From Acidimicrobiia bacterium (GTDB taxonomy: Bacteria > Actinomycetota > Acidimicrobiia > Acidimicrobiales > CAIXPF01): a stretch of 40,380 nucleotides of DNA. The position numbers and the translations under genes are program-made. The notes under the pieces are model-generated. The model worked only from the letters and a program-made list of their open reading frames with translations. It was not told where the DNA came from and did no database searches. The number at the start of each line of letters is the position of its first letter. Position 1 is the stretch's first letter. Shown one piece after another: positions 34,471-40,380 of the stretch. The DNA is taken from contig JANPEN010000088.1 of NCBI GenBank assembly GCA_031422955.1, forward strand, positions 1 through 40,380. The letters run 5' to 3'.

Positions 34471-35730
34471 TCAGTTGCCGGTGGGATCCAACAGCACCGG
34501 GACCTGCCGCGGCCCACGCACCTGTTGGCCGCCCCAGAGCACCTCGTGGCCGGGCCGCAGGGTGAAGTGGGGGAAGCGCTCCAGCCAGGCGGCGATGGCC
34601 ACCTGCAACTCCATGCGGGCCAGGTTGGAACCGATGCAACGATGTACGCCGATGCCAAAGGCGAAATGGCGGTTGTGGGCACGGTCGATGAGGACCTCGT
34701 CGGGCCGCTCGAACTTGGACGGATCACGGTTGCCGGCCGGGAAGGCCAACAGCACCCGCTCACCGGCTTTGATGGGACGGCCGGCCACCTCGGTGTCAGT
34801 GCTGGCCACCCTGGCCATGGTGACGGGGGCGTACGCCCGCAGGAACTCCTCGGTGGCGGAGGGGATGAGGGTCGGGTCCGCCACCAGCCGGTCGCGATCC
34901 TCGGGGTGGGTGGCCAGGTGCCACAAGCTCGACCCGATTGAACTCCAGGTCGTGTCGATGCCGGCCAGCAACAGCAAAAAACATGTACCCAACAGATGCT
35001 TCTCGCTGAGCGGAGCCCCGTCGAGCTCCGCCGCCAGCAGCTCGCTGATCAGGTCGTCGCGCGGTTCCAGCCGGCGCTGGTTGATCTGCTCGGCGAAGTA
35101 AGCCAGCACCTCACGGGTGGCGGTGCGGCTGATGTCGGCGTTGCCGGCACCGTCTTGGAGAATGCGCACGGTCCAGTCGGTGAACATGGCCTCGTCGGCG
35201 GCGGACACGCCGATGAGCTGGGCGATGACCCGAACCGGGATGTGCTGGGCGTAGTCACCGGCCGCGTCGGCCTCGGCCCGGCCAGCCAGGCCGTCGAGCA
35301 GCTCGGCGGTGATGATCCGGGTCTGGGTCTCCAGCAGGGCAACCGCCTTGGGGCTGAAATGAGGCAAAAGCAGGCGACGGGCTTCGGTGTGGAAGGGCGG
35401 ATCGTTGGTGATGGGCGGGGCGACCAACAAGCCGGAGCCTGGCGGGCCCGGGATCACCCCAATGTCACGAGACGAAAAGTGTTCCGTGTCGTAGGCAACG
35501 GCGGCGATGTCGTCGTAGCGGGTGGGCAGGTACGCACCTTGCCGCCGGTCGGTATGGGCTACCGGATGGTTCTGACGTAGTTCAGCCCAAATCGAATACG
35601 GAGCGGCCTGGTAAGTGGGATCGGCCACGTCGAAATCGGTGGACCAATCGGCCACCGGCGGGATGGGGCCGGGCACGGGAAGCTCCGCATGGACGGCTGG
35701 CGGCGATTGCACCGACTGCTGGACGCTCAT
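34471..35730 (-). CDS. cytochrome P450
   Basis: GGAGGA RBS followed by ATG 35730; 419 aa. The I-helix is LLLLAGIDTT, with EEFLR (ExxR) and heme loop FGIGVHRCIGSNLA. Confidence 0.9.
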   Translation of the reverse strand: MSVQQSVQSPPAVHAELPVPGPIPPVADWSTDFDVADPTYQAAPYSIWAELRQNHPVAHTDRRQGAYLPTRYDDIAAVAYDTEHFSSRDIGVIPGPPGSGLLVAPPITNDPPFHTEARRLLLPHFSPKAVALLETQTRIITAELLDGLAGRAEADAAGDYAQHIPVRVIAQLIGVSAADEAMFTDWTVRILQDGAGNADISRTATREVLAYFAEQINQRRLEPRDDLISELLAAELDGAPLSEKHLLGTCFLLLLAGIDTTWSSIGSSLWHLATHPEDRDRLVADPTLIPSATEEFLRAYAPVTMARVASTDTEVAGRPIKAGERVLLAFPAGNRDPSKFERPDEVLIDRAHNRHFAFGIGVHRCIGSNLARMELQVAIAAWLERFPHFTLRPGHEVLWGGQQVRGPRQVPVLLDPTGN

Positions 35731-35826
35731 CACGATCCTCCAAAGAGACAACTTCCGCTCAGTGTATCGCGGGGCGAATCCGCAAGTCCGGGCTCGTCGG
35801 AGACGCTCCTCTACGGTGGCCTGGTG

Positions 35827-37116
35827 ATGTTGGCCTCTGCCCACCCCCCACGGCCGCCGGTGGCGGCGCGACTGCTCGCCGGTAAGGGCTTTTACGGCTG
35901 GTACGTCGCCCTGGCCTGCTTGGTCATGATGTACGTAACCGTGGGGGTCAGCTACTACGGCCTTTCGTTGTTCCTGCGGCCGCTACGCGACGAGCACAAC
36001 TGGTCCAACGCCGTCGTGTCGGGGGCGACCGGGGCATTTTTCCTTATCTCGGGACTGGCCGCCTTCGTGGCCGGACCGTTCATCGACCGTTTCGGCCCCC
36101 GCCGCTTCCTGGCCGCTGGCATCGTGCTCACCGCGGTCGGCGCCGCCGCGGTGGGCTTCATTGAAACCATTTGGCAGCTCTACGCGGCCTACACCGCGCT
36201 GGCCGTTGCCTACGGCTTGGGAGCGGTGGTGCCGGTCTCAACGCTGATGTCGCGCTGGTTCATCCAGAACCGAGCCAAGGCCATGATGATCTCCTCCACC
36301 GGGGTGTCCCTGGGTGGGGCCACCCTCGTTCCCTTGGGCGCCGCCCTCATCGAGCGGGGCGGTCTGCGCTTGGCTGCGCCCGTGTTGGGTGCGTTGGTAT
36401 TGGTGGTGGCCATGCCGGTGTTGGTGCTGGTGGTGTCGGCCTCCCCCTCCGACCTTGGCCTCGAACCCGATGGCGCCTTGATCCAAGCGGGGCCATCACG
36501 GGTAAGCGTGGCCTCCCAGTACCGGGTCTGGACGCGGTCCCAGGCCATGGCCACCACCGCTTTTTGGACGGCCAACCTGGCCTTCTTCCTGGCCCTCGGA
36601 GCCCAAACGGCGGTGCTGATTTATCAGCTCGCCTTCCTCCAGGAGCCGGACAAGCTGGGCACCCGGACCGGCGCCGCCCTGGCCGTGACGGCCACCACCA
36701 TTGGCTCCATCGTGGCCAGGGTGGCGGTGTCGATGGTGGCGGACCGGTTGGACAAGCGGGTCATGTCCGCCGCGCTGTTCGTGCTCCAGGCGGTGGCCAT
36801 CTGCGCCTACCTAGTGGTCCATCAGCAGGTGTGGATCTACCTCGCCGCGCTGCTGTTCGGCTTCACCGTCGGCAACATCTACTTGGCCCAATCGCTCCTG
36901 GTGGGTGAGCTATTCGGGTTGGTCAGTTTCGCCACCGTCTACGGCATGGTCGCCCTGGCCAGCCAGGTGGGCAGCGGGCTGAGCCTGATTGCGGTCGGTC
37001 GTTTGATCGACGCCCACGGCTACGCGGTGCCCTTTCTGGCCATGGCCGCCTTGGACGTGGTGGCCGCGCTGGTGGTGCTGTTCTGCCGACCCCCACCGGC
37101 GCTCACGGGTTCCTGA
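35827..37116 (+). CDS. MFS transporter (OFA/MFS_1-like)
   Basis: About 12 predicted hydrophobic helices, with GPFIDRFGPRR between TM2 and TM3 as the MFS signature. ATG 35827 is chosen as start; the ORF-track start at 35689 overlaps the divergent P450. Confidence 0.85.
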   Translation: MLASAHPPRPPVAARLLAGKGFYGWYVALACLVMMYVTVGVSYYGLSLFLRPLRDEHNWSNAVVSGATGAFFLISGLAAFVAGPFIDRFGPRRFLAAGIVLTAVGAAAVGFIETIWQLYAAYTALAVAYGLGAVVPVSTLMSRWFIQNRAKAMMISSTGVSLGGATLVPLGAALIERGGLRLAAPVLGALVLVVAMPVLVLVVSASPSDLGLEPDGALIQAGPSRVSVASQYRVWTRSQAMATTAFWTANLAFFLALGAQTAVLIYQLAFLQEPDKLGTRTGAALAVTATTIGSIVARVAVSMVADRLDKRVMSAALFVLQAVAICAYLVVHQQVWIYLAALLFGFTVGNIYLAQSLLVGELFGLVSFATVYGMVALASQVGSGLSLIAVGRLIDAHGYAVPFLAMAALDVVAALVVLFCRPPPALTGS

Positions 37117-37120
37117 GCGT

Positions 37121-38206
37121 TCAGCCCAGCAGCTCCAACGCTCGGGCCCGGCCCAACCCAGATCGTTCGGCGGCGGCGAGGATGGCCTGCCAGGTGTCTT
37201 CGGGGATGGTCAGGCCGTGGGCCAAACGATGGGCCTTCTTGGTCCGTTCGGGATCGCCAGGGCTGAGCACGGGGGTGTCGCCGGAGGCGGGACGAGCGGT
37301 AATGAACCAGTCCACGTAGGCCTTGATATCGGCGGCGATGTGGCCCTCCACGTCGAGCACGGCCGGATCGACGTAGATCGACAGCATGCCGTTGGCGAAA
37401 CGGTGACGGTCAGGCCCGGCCGTGCCCGAACCGGTCAGGGCCCCGGCCAGCAGCTCACACAGCATGGAAAGGCCCGATCCCTTGTGCATGCCCATGGTCA
37501 CCATGGCGCCGCGGCCCTTGCGCGGGTTGGGCGAACGGCCCGGTTCGGTTTCGCCGTAGAGGAGACGGGGGTCCTCGCTGAAGCTGCCGTCGTCGCCAAT
37601 CAAAGCGCCGGCGGGCAAGGTCGCCCCACCCTCCAAGGCCACCTGCTCCTTGCCCTCCGCCACCAACGAGGTGGCTAAGTCCAAGATCACCGGGGGACGG
37701 TCCGTCACCGGCACCCCGATGCAGACCGGGTTGGTGGCCATGCGCCGGTCGATGCCTCCGAAGGGCGCTACCAACAAGCCCCCAGCCACGTTGACGAAGT
37801 GGATGGAGATCATCCCCGCCTCCACCGCCATCTCAGCCCAGTCCCCAATGCGGCCGAGATGGCCGCTGTGACGCAAGGCGATGACGGCCACGCCGGCCTG
37901 GCGGGCCTTGTCGATGCCCAGTTGCACGGCCTGCACGCCGATGGTTTGGCCAAAGCCGTAGTTGCCGTCGATGAGGGCGAAGGCGTCTGCCTCGGCCAAC
38001 ACGGTGATGTTCTGGTCCGCCACTTGCACGCCTTCTTGCAACCATTCCGTGTAACGCAAGGTGCGTCCCACCCCATGGCTGTCGTGGCCCACCAAGTTGG
38101 CGTTGACCAAAGCGGCGGCGATGCGCTGGCCCTCGGCCGGGGAGGTTCCCGCCGCCGTAAAGATCTCGGCCACGATGGTGCGCAATGGTTCGGCTTGGAC
38201 GAGCAC
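37121..38206 (-). CDS. Ldh_2 family (malate/L-lactate/sulfolactate dehydrogenase type 2) oxidoreductase
   Basis: LVGHDSHGV, GFGQTIG, ALRHSGHLGR and HKGSGLS. GTG 38206 follows GGGGG; GTG 38266 is an alternative start. Confidence 0.8.
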   Translation of the reverse strand: MLVQAEPLRTIVAEIFTAAGTSPAEGQRIAAALVNANLVGHDSHGVGRTLRYTEWLQEGVQVADQNITVLAEADAFALIDGNYGFGQTIGVQAVQLGIDKARQAGVAVIALRHSGHLGRIGDWAEMAVEAGMISIHFVNVAGGLLVAPFGGIDRRMATNPVCIGVPVTDRPPVILDLATSLVAEGKEQVALEGGATLPAGALIGDDGSFSEDPRLLYGETEPGRSPNPRKGRGAMVTMGMHKGSGLSMLCELLAGALTGSGTAGPDRHRFANGMLSIYVDPAVLDVEGHIAADIKAYVDWFITARPASGDTPVLSPGDPERTKKAHRLAHGLTIPEDTWQAILAAAERSGLGRARALELLG

Positions 38207-38319
38207 AACTACCCCCGGTTTGAACGATACGGCGACGGCCCAACGGTGCAACGCGCCGCTGCCCACAGCCCGGACCCTACCGCCGAAGCCAGCCCGGACG
38301 CGCCAACTAGCCTCTGGTC

Positions 38320-38799
38320 ATGACCGACTTCTACGAGCTGAAGCTGACCTCGATCACCGGTGAAGCGGTCGACTTCGCCCAGTACCGGGGCAAGTTCTGC
38401 CTCATCGTCAACGTGGCCAGCAAATGAGGCCTCACCCCCCAGTACGCAGGTCTGCGTGCGCTCCAAGACACCCTCGGTGACCGCGGCCTCGTGGTCATGG
38501 GCTTTCCCTGTAACCAGTTCGGCGCCCAGGAACCGGGCACCGATGAGGAGATCCTGGCCTTCGCCACCACCAACTACGGCGTCACCTTCCCCCTGTTCTC
38601 CAAGATCGAGGTGAACGGCGAAGGCGCCTGTGCGCTGTTCCAGTGGCTCACCGCGGCGTTGCCCAAGGCCGATGGCGATCCGAGCGTGGCCTGGAACTTC
38701 ACCAAGTTTCTCGTGAGTCGAGACGGCACCCCGTTGCAGCGCTTCGAGCCCAAGACCACCCCGGAGGAGGTCGGCCAAGTGCTCGACGCGCTGCTCTAG
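38320..38799 (+). CDS. glutathione peroxidase (GPx/BtuE family) with selenocysteine at TGA 38425-38427
   Basis: ATG 38320 opens [47 protein letters not shown]...[16 protein letters not shown]...WNFTKFLV. The TGA aligns with the catalytic Cys of E. coli BtuE ([15 protein letters not shown]). The ORF track shows only the C-terminal 102 aa. Confidence 0.85.
38442..38459 (+). promoter_or_regulatory. candidate bacterial SECIS hairpin for UGA 38425
   Basis: GUACGCA-GGUC-UGCGUGC forms a 7-bp stem (one G-U) with a GGUC tetraloop, starting 14 nt after the UGA. The apex GCAGGUCUGC is identical to the apex of the E. coli fdhF SECIS as I recall it. Confidence 0.6.
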
Positions 38800-38824
38800 T
38801 ATCAGCGCCGTGGCGGGCCCACGG

Positions 38825-39172
38825 TCAGGTGAGCGCCTGCGCCCCGAGGTCGGGGTTGTCGGTGAAGAAGCCGTCCATGCCCGCCAGTTCCGTCGACAAT
38901 TGGATTATTCATGTTGTGTCTATTTGGTGGTCAACTCCGCCTTTCAGATCAACGCCGGATGCGTCATCCACGGCGGAAATGTCCTTCGATCCCGCGGCCT
39001 GACGGCTCCATCCAAGCGCTCCGACGTTGCGCGCCGTAGATGGGTGAGCAACGTCGAAGATGGACACTTCCGGTCCGTTGCGGGGTAGAAGTGGAGCCAT
39101 TAATTGCACGTTCAGATGCAAACCGCGGGCGACCCCCCGGGCAAGGCCCGAGGGGTCACTCAGAATCCGCAC
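38825..39172 (-). pseudogene. possible glycerophosphodiester phosphodiesterase (GDPD)-like C-terminal remnant
   Basis: The minus strand ends ...IIQLSTELAGMDGFFTDNPDLGAQALT*, a GDPD-type C-terminus (G-x-DG-x-FTD-x-PD). It is joined in frame through TGA 38909-38911 to ORF 38909..39172, with an in-frame TAG directly upstream of 39172. The GDPD N-terminal catalytic half is absent, and there is a locally AT-rich patch at about 38895-38935. Confidence 0.3.
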
Positions 39173-39213
39173 CTATTCACCAATCAGCGGTGCTCAGTTG
39201 TCGTTGTCCTCTT

Positions 39214-39249
39214 CGCCACGATCCTCGCCACGATCCTCGGCACGATCAT
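39214..39249. repeat. 12-nt tandem repeat x3 spanning the stop codon of the PhoX-like gene
   Basis: CGCCACGATCCT (39214-39225), CGCCACGATCCT (39226-39237), CGGCACGATCAT (39238-39249). Confidence 0.85.
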
Positions 39250-40380
39250 TCGGCATCGTCACCGCCCGCGATGGTGATCTCGATGGTCCGATCGTTGCCA
39301 CTGGTGGGGTGCTGGATGTTGACCCAGGCGCGGCGCTTGTTGAACGGATCGAAGTACAGACCGGTGAACTCCGAGCCCGGCGTGCCGTTGGAAGCCCAGC
39401 GGCCCAGGCCTTCGCCCTCGTCGGCCAGGTCGCCGTCGCCGTTGACGTCCTTGGCGAACCAGATGTCGTCATCGACGCCACCGTTGCGGTCCTCAATGAT
39501 GTAGATATTACCGTCGTGGTCGATGGCCAGGTTGTCCGGGCTGGCCAGCGCGGCGCCTACCGCAACACCGGTGGCGAGGTCCTTGGTAAAGCGGTCCGCC
39601 CAGCGCGAGATGGAGCCGGCACCGAGGTCGAGGCGGAACACGTCATTCGTGGTAGTCGCGGCGAAGTAAAGGTACTCGCCGCCCTTGCTGGTTTTGAGTT
39701 GCATATCCTCGGGGCGCTGGTAGTCCGTGCCCTTGAAGGCGGCCAGGTTGGTGGTGTTACGGCCGTCTACGGACTTCACGCCGTTGGGGTCCGTGATGGT
39801 GAGGGCACCGGGCAGGGCCTTGCCGTCAGCGTCAGTGAAGGGCACCCAGCTGTAGGCACCCACCGCGTTAGGGGTGTTGCCGTCGCCCACCCGCAGCACG
39901 GAGGTCTGGCCCGCCGCGAAGTAGTCGGCGCGACCGTTCTTGACCTTGCTCATATCGGCCTTGGAGGTGTACTTGTAGATGCTCCCTCCGTTCAGCTCGT
40001 CGATGACGTACATGTTGCCGGCCTTGTCGAACTGCACGCCTTCATGCGAGGTGCGCGGGATGACGTTCTGATGCACGAAGTCGGCGCCGGCGTTGCTTGC
40101 TGCGATGACCGGATTGGTGATGGCGGGTGCGGTGGTCGGGTTCTTGAACTCGAAGAAGCGACCATAAGGATTGGTCGTGCAGCCGGCGGGGGCCTCACAC
40201 CAGCTCTCCTCGGCGGTCACCAGCGTGCCCCACGGGGTCCAGTAGGACGCATCGAAGGCCACGTGACCAAGGAAAGTGGGACTTTGCCAGATGGTGTCGG
40301 TCGTGCCGGTCTCCAGATCGTGGCGTTGCACCCCGGACTGGCCAGTCTCGAACACCGTGAACAGGAAACGGCCCTTGTCC
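39246..40380 (-). CDS. DUF839 / PhoX-like beta-propeller protein (putative phosphatase), 5'-truncated by the window end
   Basis: The frame stays open to the window edge (…DKGRFLFTVFETGQSG…). SHEGVQFDKAGNMYVIDE, PDNLAIDHDGNIYIIED and AWVNIQHP are PhoX/DUF839-type propeller motifs. Confidence 0.75.
   Translation of the reverse strand, partial: DKGRFLFTVFETGQSGVQRHDLETGTTDTIWQSPTFLGHVAFDASYWTPWGTLVTAEESWCEAPAGCTTNPYGRFFEFKNPTTAPAITNPVIAASNAGADFVHQNVIPRTSHEGVQFDKAGNMYVIDELNGGSIYKYTSKADMSKVKNGRADYFAAGQTSVLRVGDGNTPNAVGAYSWVPFTDADGKALPGALTITDPNGVKSVDGRNTTNLAAFKGTDYQRPEDMQLKTSKGGEYLYFAATTTNDVFRLDLGAGSISRWADRFTKDLATGVAVGAALASPDNLAIDHDGNIYIIEDRNGGVDDDIWFAKDVNGDGDLADEGEGLGRWASNGTPGSEFTGLYFDPFNKRRAWVNIQHPTSGNDRTIEITIAGGDDAE

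Noticed and set aside
38808-38824. Hairpin CCGTGG-cgggc-CCACGG between the GPx gene and the GDPD-like remnant, considered as a bidirectional terminator.
   Set aside because: It has only 6 bp and no U-tract on either strand, so the evidence is too weak to list as a feature.
38909-38911. In-frame TGA inside the GDPD-like remnant, considered as a third selenocysteine site.
   Set aside because: GDPD enzymes have no redox Cys at this position. I found no convincing hairpin downstream on the minus strand. The surrounding sequence is AT-rich and degenerate, and the gene lacks its catalytic half. Pseudogene decay is more likely, but the call should be revisited if the genome proves Sec-rich.
39194-39260. 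Small ORFs overlapping the PhoX-like stop codon (MIVPRIVARIVAKRTTTTEHR, or MPNDRAEDRGEDRGEEDNDN).
   Set aside because: Both are generated by the 12-nt tandem repeat itself. There is no RBS or other independent support, so I cannot distinguish them from chance.

Overview
This is a high-GC, actinobacterial-style chromosomal segment. Genes are densely packed, many are translationally coupled through ATGA/GTGA overlaps, and long antisense shadow ORFs are common. There are no rRNA or tRNA genes, CRISPR arrays, transposases or phage genes. I call about 36 protein-coding genes, mostly accessory metabolism and signalling. They include a haloacetate-dehalogenase-like hydrolase, an SF2 helicase, a DtxR-family repressor, crotonases, thioesterases and CoA-transferase, two paralogous P450s, LLM/F420 oxidoreductases and amidohydrolases. 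There is also a GGDEF-EAL / receiver / histidine-kinase operon and a five-gene TcuA-PrpF-ICL/PEP-mutase-FadB-LLM operon. The strongest signal is selenocysteine recoding. Two genes that the ORF track splits at TGA are single reading frames, and in each the TGA sits exactly on the redox-active residue: a GrdB/PrdB-like protein (U-x-x-C, TGA 5520-5522) and a glutathione peroxidase (VNVASK-U-GLTPQY, TGA 38425-38427). Each TGA is followed at SECIS-compatible distance by a hairpin, and the GPx hairpin has a GGUC apical loop like E. coli fdhF. Secondary observations follow. A 21-nt core is conserved behind a TANNNT box upstream of two unrelated genes, with a third inverted copy forming an 18-bp perfect inverted repeat. 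The GGDEF-EAL protein and the kinase share a paralogous, unclassified polytopic sensor domain. One P450 paralogue is frameshifted. A PEP-utilising swivel-domain protein has no ATP-grasp partner. Several gene remnants (amidase, cupin, GDPD-like) indicate local gene decay. All functional calls rest on motif recognition by eye, and no database search was run.
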